The notes beneath the pieces were generated by a model. That model was given only the letters and a program-made list of their open reading frames with translations. It was not told the origin of the DNA and searched no databases. This document shows positions 35,901 to 45,279 of a DNA stretch of 50,787 bases, one piece after another; the stretch's first letter is position 1, and the number at the start of each line of letters is the position of its first letter. The translations under genes and the position numbers were made by a program. Source of the stretch: Lysobacterales bacterium CG_4_10_14_3_um_filter_64_11 (lineage in GTDB: Bacteria > Pseudomonadota > Gammaproteobacteria > Xanthomonadales > Xanthomonadaceae); NCBI GenBank assembly GCA_002782905.1, contig PFJA01000286.1, forward strand, positions 1 through 50,787. The letters run 5' to 3'.

Positions 35901-37113
35901 TCTGCAGCTGCCATGGCGCGCGCATGTCCAGCCGGCGCAGGCTACCGATGTCGCCGCTAATCTGGTCGCTGATGCTGTAGCCGGCGCCGTCGAAATCCAG
36001 CCACAGTGCGCGTTGCAGATGCAACTGCGACGGCCGCGATTCGGGCAGGCCACGCTGGCGCACGCTGACGGTGGCGGTGTCGCGCGGCTCAATCAGATAG
36101 GTTGGCCAGTGCGCCGGGTCGATCTCGCCCCATGCCGCACGGCCATGACCGGGAAACAGGGTGTCGATGACGCTGGCCCAATCCGGCATGATTGCTTGTT
36201 GTGGATCAAGGGCGCGCAATCCCTCCAGTTGCGCGATCCGAAATTGCGTCATTCCAGCAAACTGCACGACCTCTTGTGGCGGCCATGGCGCCGGCAGCGC
36301 CGGCACCTGCAAGGTGCTCAGCGCACCCGCTGCGCGCGCGGCGAGCAGCACGTCGTGCGTCCCCGGCTGCACCTGCACCAACAGTGTGCCATCGGCCAGC
36401 ATGCGGGTGCTCAGGCCACCAGCCATCGCCAGCAGGGTGTAGCCCTCGGGCAGAACCCTGCCGACGCTGATTTCGCGTGGCCGCCCGGCCACCGACAACT
36501 GAATCCAGGTGCTCAGCGTCGCCGGCAGACCATCATGCAGCAGTCGCGCCACATTAATCTGCAGACTGTCGGCCTCATAACGGGTGCTGTCGCCAAATGC
36601 CAGCGTGCCGTCATCGCTGCGCTGCACCGCGAGCACATCGCGGCCATCGACGCGCAGCGTCAGCAGGGCAATGGCTGGCGGCAACGCCAGCTCGGCCGGG
36701 CGCTGGTTCCACACGATGCGGCCGCTCAGGCGATGGCTGCCGGCATCCAGATGCACCATCGGCGTGCCGTTGCGCAGCAGCACGGGCGCCGCGCGACCAT
36801 CGACGATCAGGCTCTCCGGCTGCCAGCGCGCATCGCCAGGTAGCGGCACCCAGTCCGCCGCGACCATCTCCCAGCGCTGCGCAAAGCGTGCGCCGTTGCC
36901 ATCGACTTCAAGATCGAGCACGCCGGGCCAGCCACACGCTTTGGCGTTGCCGCTGATGCGCACGCTTGGGCACAGCTCGCGCTCGTGTCCGTGCAGCACC
37001 CAGCCGGTCCAGTCGCGCAGCGCCGGTGGAATGGCGATATCACGGGGCGCAGCGGTCAGCGACGCCGCCAGGGCAAGCAATGCCAGTACCAGTAAAACCC
37101 GTATCGTGCGCAT
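32908..37113 (-). CDS. 1401-aa polytopic envelope protein of unknown function, internally duplicated
   Basis: Uninterrupted 4206-nt ORF with genome-typical codon bias and a GGGAGA RBS. It has a signal peptide (aa 1-22) and TM clusters at about aa 484-580, 706-770 and 1196-1370, separating two roughly 430-460-aa soluble regions. I recognised no catalytic motif or family. Confidence 0.8.
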   Translation of the reverse strand: MRTIRVLLVLALLALAASLTAAPRDIAIPPALRDWTGWVLHGHERELCPSVRISGNAKACGWPGVLDLEVDGNGARFAQRWEMVAADWVPLPGDARWQPESLIVDGRAAPVLLRNGTPMVHLDAGSHRLSGRIVWNQRPAELALPPAIALLTLRVDGRDVLAVQRSDDGTLAFGDSTRYEADSLQINVARLLHDGLPATLSTWIQLSVAGRPREISVGRVLPEGYTLLAMAGGLSTRMLADGTLLVQVQPGTHDVLLAARAAGALSTLQVPALPAPWPPQEVVQFAGMTQFRIAQLEGLRALDPQQAIMPDWASVIDTLFPGHGRAAWGEIDPAHWPTYLIEPRDTATVSVRQRGLPESRPSQLHLQRALWLDFDGAGYSISDQISGDIGSLRRLDMRAPWQLQSVRSGTDQLLVTSGDSNASAGVELRTQTAQLQAQARIAAGSAGSGWAQPFDSADVLLNLPPGYRLLAAFGAERAWGSWWDAWTLLDLFLGSLLVLLGWRLGRWPSAGLLLAYVLLVWHEPSAPRITLLIALALAVVLRLTAAGPWHERTAWLQRAVLAGIVLLGLPFAASQLRLALHPQLERATVQVGATDMQPYVSARRATAPDEATRFEDAMPMAMEAPAPATPAPPRPAKANSSAASDTLERLSVSGSHISVEDLFRYPDDAIPQAGSAMPAWHWRQHTLSWAGPLLPDDALGIMVSPPWLTALWRLLSVVLLATLLWQLLRGLPALRAAAAMPQASRSTAGASAAMLVVVLAFSASLAAPSAAQAQGTIPDAALLDQLRARLLAPDPRCGTNCLAIELAEVQASARELSARLQVQALADGVLALPRLDAGSLSAVSLDGATPAVLGVAGTARVRVARGAHSVLLRYRLQGGPLGLHFTEQPARVSVQAPGFGIAGLDRGRLLGNTLSLTPPLAATVSSDDTRATVQAPAFVQVVRSFRFDREWLLDTRVLRLAPADAGFSIAVPLLAGETIIGEAPPIADGVAQVAMAAGSNAVTWSSQLNPAATLTLQASKRTDLSERWDVAVSPLLHASAQGVPLALDQQGVIDDGGYWHFLPLPGEQLQLAINRPAAIKGNDQVIENLQLRANPGKRASDQQLAFIVRATRTGELRLPLPAGAQLQSLAIDGVALPLLLADGAVTVPVRNGMQTVQVAWRENRDSGFALRTAALQLGRSVADIQLSLVLPDDRWLLLTGGPQIGPAVLLWSELALLALLAPVLGRWSGTPLRWPQWLLLGLGFATVSWWAALIVAGWLLALGQRARLPVEHAQPLRFNLGQVLLLVLSVAALLSLVLAVPAGLLGSPDMGVRGNGSSGSVLQWFHDRSANGELPVASAWTLPLWAYKAAVLLWALWLANALLGWLRWGWQCFSSGGVWLSQARKPAASPVPTDSTATKHD

Positions 37114-37217
37114 TCCCCATTCTCCCGGCAGGCGGCGATTGCCGCTGCCGAGAGTTTAGGGCTAAAGCGGGTGTCGGCGCAGCCACGCCGGGTCACGGCA
37201 TGGCTGCATAGCCAACG

Positions 37218-39893
37218 CTAAAGTCCCAGCCCTTTGGGTTGCTGCGCGGCCTTGAGCGCGGCACACAAACGAATGCCCTCTATCGACTGCGCCAAACGCC
37301 GTGGGCCACCTTCCACTTCACGCAGGCGCGGTTCGTGCCAGGTCGAGATTTCATCCGCTTCGGCATCCGAACAGCGCGCGAAGGCGTCGAGACGGACGAA
37401 ACCACCGCCCAGCCCACGCGGGCCTTTCTTCATCAGCGCGTCGTAGGCGCTGCGCAGCCACGCACGGGTATCGGCGCGCGATTCGCGCTCCCCCAGTTGG
37501 CTGAAGGCGACCAGAGTGAGCTCGTTGGAGCGGGTGTTCTCTTCCAGCGAAAGGGCGCGCGCCCGTGCCGCTAGCGCCGGGTCGGTGAAGCGGCCCAGCG
37601 CACTCAGCAACTGCCCGCGCAACACCGAGTCGGTGGACCCGCGAAAGGCGTTAGCCATGGCGTCAAACAGTGCGCCATCGCCGCCGACGGCGGCCATTTC
37701 CAGCGCCAGTGCACGCTGGTCGGGGGCAACCGCATCGGGCTTTAGCACACCATCGCCGTCAAGGCCGAGCACGGCACGGCCGCGTTGCGCGAGGGTGGCG
37801 CGCAGTGCTGGATCGTGGGCGAAATCGGCGAGCAGCCCTTGCAGGGTAGCGCGCAGCAAATGCGCGTCGTCGCTCTCGCCGGGCTTCGCGTCGAGGCCCA
37901 GGGCATCCAGACGCGGTTGATAGACGGCACGTACTTTGCCGTACAAGGCGGCGCGCTCGGCGCCATTGCGTGCCACGTGTTCGTCCATCCAGTACAGCGT
38001 GCTGATCGGGGCTGTCACCACCTGCCGCGCCGACGCACTCGCCAGCTTCGGCAACGCCGACAGGTAGCTCGTCGAATCGATCGCGCCGGCTTCAAATGCC
38101 GCTTCCAGCGAGTCGGCATAGACGCGTTGTTCGGTGTCGCTGAGCCGCTCGAATGCCGCATCGAGCCGCTGCTGGTCAGCGGCCGCCAGCGCAAAGCGGT
38201 AGTAACCGGCGGCATCGGCGTTTGGCATTAGCCAGTCCGGGCAGCTCGCGCTGTCCAGCGTGATGCGGGATTGCGTGTCGCTGATCAGACTGCATTGCGT
38301 CTTGACCGCTTCGCCCGCGCCATAACGCAGGCACAGCGGCACGCCCCAATGCTGGCCGGAGGCGGCGCTGGAGCCGAGCGGCAGATAGCGGCTCTGGGCG
38401 ATGTCCAGGGTGGGTGCCTTGCCGGCGTCGCAGTGCAGCGCAACGCGCAGGAACGGCACGCCGGGCTGATCGACAAAGCTGCTGAAAGCAGCAAACACGC
38501 CCTCGGGGTCATCGGACTTGGCCGCAACGGCAGCAATCAGGTCGCGGCTGGTGGCGTTGCCGCCGGCGTGCTCGACCAGATATTGATGGATGCCGGCGCG
38601 AAAGTTTTCGGCGCCGATGAAGTGCTCGAACATCGCCAGCACCGCGCCACCTTTCTGGTAGGTGATGCCGTCAAACGCCGCCGCGATTTCGGTGAAGTCG
38701 TCGATCGGCTCGCGCACCCGGCGCGTGCTGGCGAGGCTGTCGCCGCCCATTGCCGCCAGCGTGCCTTCCAGCTTGCCGCGCTCGCCGCCAAACTCCGGCT
38801 TGATTGCGCGAATGGTGCGCGTCGCCATCCAGGTGGCGAAGGCTTCATTCAGCCACAGGTCGTCCCACCACGGCATGGTGACCAGATCGCCAAACCACTG
38901 GTGCGCCAATTCGTGCGCGTGCACGTTCCAGTAAGCCTGGCGCAGGCCGGTGGGCGAGCGGTCGTTGGCGAACATCAGGCTGTCGCGGTAGGTGATCAGG
39001 CCGGCGTTTTCCATCGCGCCGGCGGCAAAATCCGGCGCCGCCAGGATGTCGAGCTTGTCGAACGGGTAGGCGATGCCGAAGTAGCGCTCCAGTTCCTCGA
39101 CGATCTGCGCGCTGTGTTCCAGCGCGTAGTGCATGTCCTTGCCGCGGCCCTTGGCGGCGACGCCGCGCAAGGCGAGCGGCGTGTTGCGCACCGCATTGGC
39201 GGGTATGTCCTGCCACTCCACAATGTCCCACGGCCCCACCGCGAACGCAATCAGGTAGCTCGGCAGGTTTTCGGTGCGGGCAAAGCGCAGCCGCTTGAAA
39301 CCGTCGGCGAGCTTGGTTTCTTCGACCAACCTGGTGTTGGCGACCGCATTTTGCCCTTGCGGCACGATCAGGGTGATGTCCCACGGCCGCTTGAACGCCG
39401 GCTCGTCCATGCCGGGAAACGCCAGCCGTGCACCGAGCGGTTCCATTTGCGTCATCACGTACGATTCGCCGGCATGTACCAGCTTGTAGGCGCCTTCGAG
39501 CTGGCGATTGAACGGCGCGCGGTATTCCAGCACCAATGTCGCCGGCCCAGCCGGAATGTCGGCCGCCGCGGTCAGTTCGATTACCCCCGACACGTGCACT
39601 TGCCTGGCGCTCAGACTGAGCGATTCGCCGCCTTTCGGGGTAATCGTGGCGTGGCTGATCTGCATGTCGCGGCCATGCACGAACAGCGTATGGGTGGCCT
39701 TGCTGAGTGTGCCATCGATGCGCGAAACGCCAGAGAAATCGTCGTCGCGCGGATCGATGCGCAGTTCGATGGCGAAGGCCTCCGCCTGCAAGGTGTCGGG
39801 CAGTTTGCCGCTGGGGACATCGGCCGCAGTCGCCGAAAAAGCGACTGCGCACAGGGTGGCCTGAGACAACAATGCAGTGAGGAAGCGAGGCAT
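37218..39893 (-). CDS. exported M1-family aminopeptidase (aminopeptidase N-like)
   Basis: GAMEN exopeptidase motif and HELAHQWFGDLVTMPWWDDLWLNEAFA (HExxH-x18-E). Signal peptide MPRFLTALLSQATLCAVAFSATAA. The ATG at 39893 is preferred because AAAGG lies 7 nt upstream; the alternative start is 39908. Confidence 0.9.
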   Translation of the reverse strand: MPRFLTALLSQATLCAVAFSATAADVPSGKLPDTLQAEAFAIELRIDPRDDDFSGVSRIDGTLSKATHTLFVHGRDMQISHATITPKGGESLSLSARQVHVSGVIELTAAADIPAGPATLVLEYRAPFNRQLEGAYKLVHAGESYVMTQMEPLGARLAFPGMDEPAFKRPWDITLIVPQGQNAVANTRLVEETKLADGFKRLRFARTENLPSYLIAFAVGPWDIVEWQDIPANAVRNTPLALRGVAAKGRGKDMHYALEHSAQIVEELERYFGIAYPFDKLDILAAPDFAAGAMENAGLITYRDSLMFANDRSPTGLRQAYWNVHAHELAHQWFGDLVTMPWWDDLWLNEAFATWMATRTIRAIKPEFGGERGKLEGTLAAMGGDSLASTRRVREPIDDFTEIAAAFDGITYQKGGAVLAMFEHFIGAENFRAGIHQYLVEHAGGNATSRDLIAAVAAKSDDPEGVFAAFSSFVDQPGVPFLRVALHCDAGKAPTLDIAQSRYLPLGSSAASGQHWGVPLCLRYGAGEAVKTQCSLISDTQSRITLDSASCPDWLMPNADAAGYYRFALAAADQQRLDAAFERLSDTEQRVYADSLEAAFEAGAIDSTSYLSALPKLASASARQVVTAPISTLYWMDEHVARNGAERAALYGKVRAVYQPRLDALGLDAKPGESDDAHLLRATLQGLLADFAHDPALRATLAQRGRAVLGLDGDGVLKPDAVAPDQRALALEMAAVGGDGALFDAMANAFRGSTDSVLRGQLLSALGRFTDPALAARARALSLEENTRSNELTLVAFSQLGERESRADTRAWLRSAYDALMKKGPRGLGGGFVRLDAFARCSDAEADEISTWHEPRLREVEGGPRRLAQSIEGIRLCAALKAAQQPKGLGL

Positions 39894-40069
39894 GAGTTTG
39901 CCTTTCATTCAGAGGGATCACGCCAGCATAACAGCGCCATGTGCATCAGCTATCGGCCGAAGGTCACGGGCGCAACTGCTGCGCGGACCGATGAGGCGAA
40001 CCGTATTCGATACCATTGGCTGATTGCCATGATATTTTCAATAGCTGGCGTGTATCAATTGGATGTTCG

Positions 40070-41038
40070 ATGAACCTTCGCGACCTGCGCTATCTCGTGG
40101 CTCTGGCTGAGCACCGCCATTTTGGCCGTGCCGCGGCGGCCAGCTTTGTCAGCCAGCCCACGTTATCGACCCAGCTCAAGAAGCTGGAGCAGGAGTTGGG
40201 TATCACCCTGATCGAGCGCGCGCCGCGCAAGGTGATGCTGACCCCAGCCGGGCGCGACATTGCGCAGCGCGCGCGGCACATCCTCAGTGAGGTCGATCAA
40301 CTCAAGGAGTCGGCGCGCCGACAGCTCGACCCGGAAGCCGGCACCGTGCGTCTGGGCCTGTTTCCAACCCTTGGCCCCTACCTGCTGCCGCATGTGGTGC
40401 CCAATATCCGCGCCCGCTTTCCGCGCCTCGAGCTGTTGCTGGTCGAGGAAAAAACCGAAACCATCCTGCGCATGTTGCGCGAAGGACTGCTCGATGCCGG
40501 GGTGCTGGCGTTGCCACTGCACGATGACATGCTGCATATCGAGCCGTTGTTTGCCGAGCCGTTCGTGCTGGCGGTGCCCCTCGGCCATGCGTTGGCCGCA
40601 CGCGGCGAGATCAGCCTGAGCGATCTGGCGCACGAAAGCCTGTTGCTGCTGGAGGATGGCCATTGCCTGCGCGATCAGGCGCTCGATGTGTGTCAGCTCG
40701 CCGGTGCCGGCGAGCGCAGTGGGTTTCGCGCCACCAGCCTGGAGACCCTGCGCCAGATGGTCGCCGCAGAGGTAGGCATCACCTTGCTGCCCATGCTTGC
40801 GGTGAAGCCGCCACAGGCGGAAAACCGCGCCATCCGGTTGCTGCCATTCAAAGGCAAGCCACCCACCCGACGCATCGCCATGGTGTGGCGGCGCAGCTCG
40901 GCAATGGCTGTGTTCCTGCGCCGTCTGGCTGAGAGTTTGCGTGAGTTGCCGGACGGGTTGCTTGATACCCGGACGCTGCCAAAAACGACCGCAAAGCCGC
41001 ACGCAATCGCGCAGCCGCGGCGCGCAAGCGGAAAATGA
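40070..41038 (+). CDS. oxyR: LysR-family hydrogen-peroxide sensor OxyR
   Basis: N-terminal HTH MNLRDLRYLVALAEHRHFGRAA..VSQPTLS. The redox pair context is LLLLEDGHCLRDQALDVC, equivalent to Cys199/Cys208. Confidence 0.88.
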   Translation: MNLRDLRYLVALAEHRHFGRAAAASFVSQPTLSTQLKKLEQELGITLIERAPRKVMLTPAGRDIAQRARHILSEVDQLKESARRQLDPEAGTVRLGLFPTLGPYLLPHVVPNIRARFPRLELLLVEEKTETILRMLREGLLDAGVLALPLHDDMLHIEPLFAEPFVLAVPLGHALAARGEISLSDLAHESLLLLEDGHCLRDQALDVCQLAGAGERSGFRATSLETLRQMVAAEVGITLLPMLAVKPPQAENRAIRLLPFKGKPPTRRIAMVWRRSSAMAVFLRRLAESLRELPDGLLDTRTLPKTTAKPHAIAQPRRASGK

Positions 41039-41042
41039 ACGA

Positions 41043-41079
41043 TAGCCATGCTCAATTGAATCGATATGAACAATCAATT
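41043..41079 (+). promoter_or_regulatory. candidate OxyR tetramer operator upstream of the rubrerythrin gene
   Basis: ATAG-N7-CAAT-N7-ATAT-N7-CAAT, compared with the OxyR consensus ATAG-N7-CTAT-N7-ATAG-N7-CTAT. That is 13 of 16 core positions with exact spacing. It sits in an AT-rich patch 85-120 nt upstream of the ATG at 41163. Confidence 0.45.
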
Positions 41080-41162
41080 TTCCAGCGCGACTGCGGCGCG
41101 TTATTCTGTTTGTTCCCCGGCCTGTGCCGGGCCGCCACTTCGCCACGCACCAGGAGGTCATC

Positions 41163-41579
41163 ATGTCGCTCAAAGGTTCCAACACCGAAAACAATCTGAA
41201 AGCCGCGTTCGCCGGTGAGTCACAAGCCAATCGCCGTTATCTGTATTTCGCGCAGAAGGCCGACGTGGAAGGCTACAACGATGTCGCCGCGGTATTCCGC
41301 TCAACCGCCGAAGGCGAAACCGGGCACGCGCACGGGCATCTGGAATATCTGGAGACCTGCGGCGATCCGGCCACCGGCCTGCCGTTCGGCAGCACCAGCA
41401 ACAACCTCAAGACCGCGGTTGCCGGCGAGACCCACGAATACACCGACATGTACCCGGGCATGGCCAAGACCGCGCGCGATGAGGGCTTCGATGAAATCGC
41501 TGATTGGTTCGAGACTCTGGCCAAGGCCGAGCGTTCGCACGCCAATCGTTTCACCAAGGCGCTGAACGAACTGGCTTGA
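41163..41579 (+). CDS. rubrerythrin-family diiron protein (no rubredoxin domain)
   Basis: ExxH diiron ligand pairs in the four-helix pattern: [27 protein letters not shown] and [18 protein letters not shown]. Confidence 0.88.
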   Translation: MSLKGSNTENNLKAAFAGESQANRRYLYFAQKADVEGYNDVAAVFRSTAEGETGHAHGHLEYLETCGDPATGLPFGSTSNNLKTAVAGETHEYTDMYPGMAKTARDEGFDEIADWFETLAKAERSHANRFTKALNELA

Positions 41580-41625
41580 CGCTGCGCAGCGCCCGCGCGT
41601 AACGCGCGCGTAACGGTGGTGTGTC

Positions 41626-41694
41626 CCTGTGGGAGCCAGCTCTGTCAGCGAACGGTTTCGCCAGTGGCTTCGTGCGCGGGCGCGCTCCCACAGG
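41626..41694. repeat. REP-type palindromic element
   Basis: Perfect 11-bp terminal inverted repeat: CCTGTGGGAGC (41626-41636) and GCTCCCACAGG (41684-41694). The internal ...CAGCGAA... is typical of TGTGGGAGC-type REPs. Confidence 0.55.
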
Positions 41695-41798
41695 ATTCGC
41701 GCGGCTGCTGCCATCGTGTCGCGCGCAGAGCCCGTCCCAGAAAGGGTCTGGGGTGGGCTTCTACAGCAACCGGCATCTGCGCCGGTACGAGGTAAGCG

Positions 41799-43142
41799 AT
41801 GAGCAACCCAACCACCACCGCGCGCGAAGGCAGCCTCGCTGCGCCCACCCGGCATCCGCTGGATTGGCAAAGCCCGGCGTTTTGGGATCAAGACGCGCTC
41901 GATCACGAACTGCAACGGGTGTTCGACCTGTGCCATGGGTGCCGTCGTTGCGTCAGCCTGTGTCACGCGTTTCCGACCCTGTTCGACCTGGTCGACAATT
42001 GCGAAACCATGGAAGTGGACGGCGTAGCCAAGGCCGATTACGGCAAGGTGGTGGAGCAGTGCTACCTGTGCGACCTGTGCTACCAGACCAAGTGCCCGTA
42101 CATTCCGCCGCACGAATGGAACATCGATTTTCCGCATCTGATGTTGCGCGCCAAAGCGGTACAGTTTCGCCGCGATGGCGCACCGGCGGCGGCCAGGCTG
42201 CTGTCGGCTACCAAGACCGTCGGCAAGCTGGCCTCGATCCCGGTGCTGGTGCAGGCGGTGAACTGGGGTAATCACAACAACGCCGTGCGTGCCGTGCTGG
42301 AAAGCACGCTCGGCGTGCATCGCGATGCCGCGGTACCCGAATATCACAGCGACAGCGCCGAGCAGCGCGTGCGCGACGACGACAGCGGCGAGCATGCCGT
42401 CGCCGCCGGCCCGACGCGTGGCAAGGTGGCGGTGTTCGTCACCTGCTATGGCCGTTTCAACCATCCGCAGATGGTCGAAGATCTGGTGGCGGTGTACCGC
42501 CACAACGGCATTGCGGTGAAGCTGATCCGCAAGAATCAGTGTTGCGGCATGCCCAAGCTGGAGCTCGGCGATCTCGACTCGGTCGATCGCTACAAGCGTG
42601 AGAATCTGCCCGAGTTGACGGCACTGGTTGAACAGGGCTGGGATATCGTGGCGCCGATTCCGTCGTGCGTGCTGATGTTCAAGCAGGAACTGCCGCTGAT
42701 GTACCCGGAAGACGCGCAGGTACAGGCGGTCAAGCGCGCGATCTTCGATCCGTTCGAGTACCTGATGCACCGCCACACTGCCGGTCAGCTCAACACCGAG
42801 TTTCGCCATGGGCTCGGCAAGGTGGCGTGGCAGGTGGCCTGCCACCAGCGGGTGCAGAACATCGGCCCGAAGACCAGGCAGGTGTTGGAGCTGGTGCCAG
42901 GCACCGACGTTATCGCGATCGAACGCTGCTCCGGTCACGACGGCACCTACGGCGTCAAGAAAGCCAGCTACGCACTGGCGCGCAAGATCGCCAAGCCGGT
43001 GGAGACGCGGGTACAACAGGCGCAGGCGGATCATTTCACCAGCGACTGCGTGATGGCCGGCAACCACATCGCGCACGGCCTCGGCGATGGCCGCAGCGCC
43101 GAACATCCGCTCAGTTTGCTGCGCCGGGCGTATGGCATTTAG
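41799..43142 (+). CDS. (Fe-S)-binding oxidoreductase, HdrD/GlpC-like (two 4Fe-4S motifs plus CCG domains)
   Basis: Ferredoxin-type motifs CHGCRRCVSLC and CYLCDLCYQTKCP. It also has a C-terminal Cys-rich region (CCG motif NQCCGMP). Confidence 0.85.
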   Translation: MSNPTTTAREGSLAAPTRHPLDWQSPAFWDQDALDHELQRVFDLCHGCRRCVSLCHAFPTLFDLVDNCETMEVDGVAKADYGKVVEQCYLCDLCYQTKCPYIPPHEWNIDFPHLMLRAKAVQFRRDGAPAAARLLSATKTVGKLASIPVLVQAVNWGNHNNAVRAVLESTLGVHRDAAVPEYHSDSAEQRVRDDDSGEHAVAAGPTRGKVAVFVTCYGRFNHPQMVEDLVAVYRHNGIAVKLIRKNQCCGMPKLELGDLDSVDRYKRENLPELTALVEQGWDIVAPIPSCVLMFKQELPLMYPEDAQVQAVKRAIFDPFEYLMHRHTAGQLNTEFRHGLGKVAWQVACHQRVQNIGPKTRQVLELVPGTDVIAIERCSGHDGTYGVKKASYALARKIAKPVETRVQQAQADHFTSDCVMAGNHIAHGLGDGRSAEHPLSLLRRAYGI

Positions 43143-43147
43143 GCGCG

Positions 43148-43306
43148 GTGGGCCGCATCTCGCGCGGCAACGTCCGATCGCGCATGAGGGGCCCCACGGG
43201 AGGAGCAGGTCAACGCTCGTGGGAGCGCATCTCGCGCGCGAAGCGTCTCGCCGCATTGTTCGCCGGCAGAGCCTGCCACAGGCTTGATCTGGGCTCGGCT
43301 CCCACC
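43148..43306. repeat. two tandem REP-type units
   Basis: GTGGGCCGCATCTCGCGCGGCAAC and GTGGGAGCGCATCTCGCGCGCGAAG are direct-repeat cores. Each is closed by a (G)GCCCCAC or GCTCCCAC inverted end. They belong to the same family as 31858-32074 and 41626-41694. Confidence 0.5.
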
Positions 43307-43362
43307 GCAACACTGGCTTGCATCAGCATCACGCGCTCAGCACAACCAAACCGAGGAATCGC

Positions 43363-43944
43363 ATGAACGCTTTGTCACGAACCGAGCTCTACACCCTTGA
43401 AGCCTATGCCAGTGCGCGCGCTGCATTTCGCGCCACAGTGATTGCGCACAAGAAGAACCGCCAGGTGCCCCTGGGCGAGCACATCACCCTGCTGTTCGAG
43501 GACCGTCTCACCATCCAGTATCAGGTGCAGGAAATGCTGCGCATTGAGCGCATCTTTGAACCCGAAGCCATTCAGGATGAGCTCGACACCTACAACGCCC
43601 TGATCCCGACCGGGAGCAATCTCAAGGCGACGATGTTGATCGAGTTCCCCGACGAGGCGCAGCGCCGCATCGAGCTGGCGCGGCTCGGCGACATCGAGCA
43701 CAAGGTTTATGCCGAAGTGGAAGGCTTGGGTCGCGCGTTCGCGATTGCCGACGAGGACATGCAGCGCAGCAATTCCGAAAAAACCGCGGCGGTGCATTTT
43801 CTGCGCTTTGAGTTCAGTGCCGAGCAGATTGCCGCGCTGCGCGCCGGTGCCGAGTTCGGCTTCGGCATCGATGATGAGCGCCTGCGCGTAGGCCATACCC
43901 TCAAGCGCGATACCCGCGCGGCATTGCTTGCGGATTTTGGCTGA
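43363..43944 (+). CDS. DUF3501-family protein
   Basis: 193-aa ORF, MNALSRTELYTLEAYASARAAFRATVIAHKKNRQVPLGEHITLLFEDRLTIQYQVQEMLRIERIFE... I recognise it from memory as DUF3501, a family usually adjacent to a rubrerythrin and an Fe-S protein. Confidence 0.7.
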   Translation: MNALSRTELYTLEAYASARAAFRATVIAHKKNRQVPLGEHITLLFEDRLTIQYQVQEMLRIERIFEPEAIQDELDTYNALIPTGSNLKATMLIEFPDEAQRRIELARLGDIEHKVYAEVEGLGRAFAIADEDMQRSNSEKTAAVHFLRFEFSAEQIAALRAGAEFGFGIDDERLRVGHTLKRDTRAALLADFG

Positions 43945-44085
43945 GCGATTGCCATCGCCCATTTTCGCGACGCGCCGTGTCGGTACCGGTTGTGGCGGGG
44001 TGTTGGCAAAAGCCGCGCCATGTGCACCCGCGCGGTGGGTTTTGAACGCGCTACGATGACCGCCTCGCGGCAAGCGCGGTAGCCA

Positions 44086-45147
44086 ATGCGCAAGATCCTC
44101 CACATCGACATGGACGCGTTCTACGCCTCGGTCGAGCAACGCGACGACCCGGCGCTGCGCGGGCGGCCGGTGGTGGTGGCATGGCGCGGTGCACGTTCGG
44201 TGGTGTGCGCGGCTTCGTACGAGGCGCGGCGCTTCGGCATCCGTTCAGCGATGCCGGCGCTGCGCGCCGAGCGGCTGTGTCCCGATGCGGTGTTCGTGGC
44301 GCCGGATTTCAGCCGTTATCGCGCGGTGTCGCGGCAGATCCGGCACATCTTCCTCAGCCATACGCCGCTGGTCGAGCCGTTGTCGCTGGATGAGGCGTAT
44401 CTGGATGTCAGCGACTACCGGCACGGTCTGTCCAGCGCCACCGCGGTGGCGCAGGCGATCCGCGCGCAGATCCGCGAGGTCACTGCGCTGACCGCATCGG
44501 CCGGGGTGGCGCCGAACAAGTTTCTCGCCAAGATCGCTTCGGACTGGCGCAAGCCTGATGGTCTGTTCGTGATCCGGCCGGCACAGGTCGAGGCGTTTCT
44601 CACGCCGTTGCCGGTGGGCCGCATCCCCGGCGTCGGCACGGTGACCCAGGCCAAGCTGGGCGGGCTGGGCATCGCTACCGTCGGCCAGTTGCGCGCGTGG
44701 ACGCAGCGCGATCTGCAAGCGCACTTCGGCCGTTACGGGCAGCGTCTGCACGAACTGGCGCGCGGCATCGATGCGCACCCGGTGTGCGTGGATCGACCGA
44801 CGCAATCGATCTCGGCGGAGGACACGTTTGCGCAAGACCTGCCCCTGACGGCGCTGCAACCGCCATTGCAGGCATTGGCCGAACGCGCGTGGCAAGCCGC
44901 CAGCAAGGAAGCGCGGGTGGGCCGCACGGTGGTGCTCAAACTCAAGACGGCCGACTTCCGAACCCTCACTCGCAGCCACACCGCGGACACACCGCCAGCT
45001 GACTTCGCACAATTCATGGCGATTGCCAAGGCCCTGTGCCGGCGTGTCGAATTGCCGCACGACACGCGGTATCGCCTGCTTGGCGTCGGCCTGTCGAATT
45101 TTGTCGCGCGCGACGCGCTGCCGCCGCAGGCAGAATTGTTCGATTGA
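44086..45147 (+). CDS. dinB: DNA polymerase IV
   Basis: Y-family motifs MRKILHIDMDAFYASVEQRD, SLDEAYLDV and GVAPNKFLAKIASD. Confidence 0.93.
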   Translation: MRKILHIDMDAFYASVEQRDDPALRGRPVVVAWRGARSVVCAASYEARRFGIRSAMPALRAERLCPDAVFVAPDFSRYRAVSRQIRHIFLSHTPLVEPLSLDEAYLDVSDYRHGLSSATAVAQAIRAQIREVTALTASAGVAPNKFLAKIASDWRKPDGLFVIRPAQVEAFLTPLPVGRIPGVGTVTQAKLGGLGIATVGQLRAWTQRDLQAHFGRYGQRLHELARGIDAHPVCVDRPTQSISAEDTFAQDLPLTALQPPLQALAERAWQAASKEARVGRTVVLKLKTADFRTLTRSHTADTPPADFAQFMAIAKALCRRVELPHDTRYRLLGVGLSNFVARDALPPQAELFD

Positions 45148-45159
45148 CCGCGGCCCCTG

Positions 45160-45279
45160 GGACATGCTGATCAACCCAGGGTTTTCGCAGGCCATGGATG
45201 GGCTGCACGCGGAGCACTCACGCAAGGGATTGATCCGGCGAGTCTGAAAAGTCCAGGATCGACTTGTTCAGACCATCCC
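45160..45279 (-). mobile_element. 120-bp IS5-family-like MITE (copy B), inverted relative to copy A
   Basis: Its reverse complement starts GGGATGGTCTGAACAAGTCGATCC directly after the dxs TAA. It fills the dinB/dxs convergent spacer. It lacks the 30-nt internal hairpin segment of copy A, and I see no clear target duplication. Confidence 0.5.

Noticed and set aside
41301-43313. 670-aa ORF on the minus strand spanning the rubrerythrin and Fe-S genes.
   Set aside because: It is antisense to two well-supported genes and crosses two REP-containing intergenic regions. The translation is low-complexity with no motifs.
43945-44085. Expected SOS (LexA) box upstream of dinB; the region upstream of uvrD (5214-5410) was also checked.
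   Set aside because: I could find neither the CTGT-N8-ACAG type nor the Xanthomonad-type TTAG...CTAA palindrome by eye. No claim is made.
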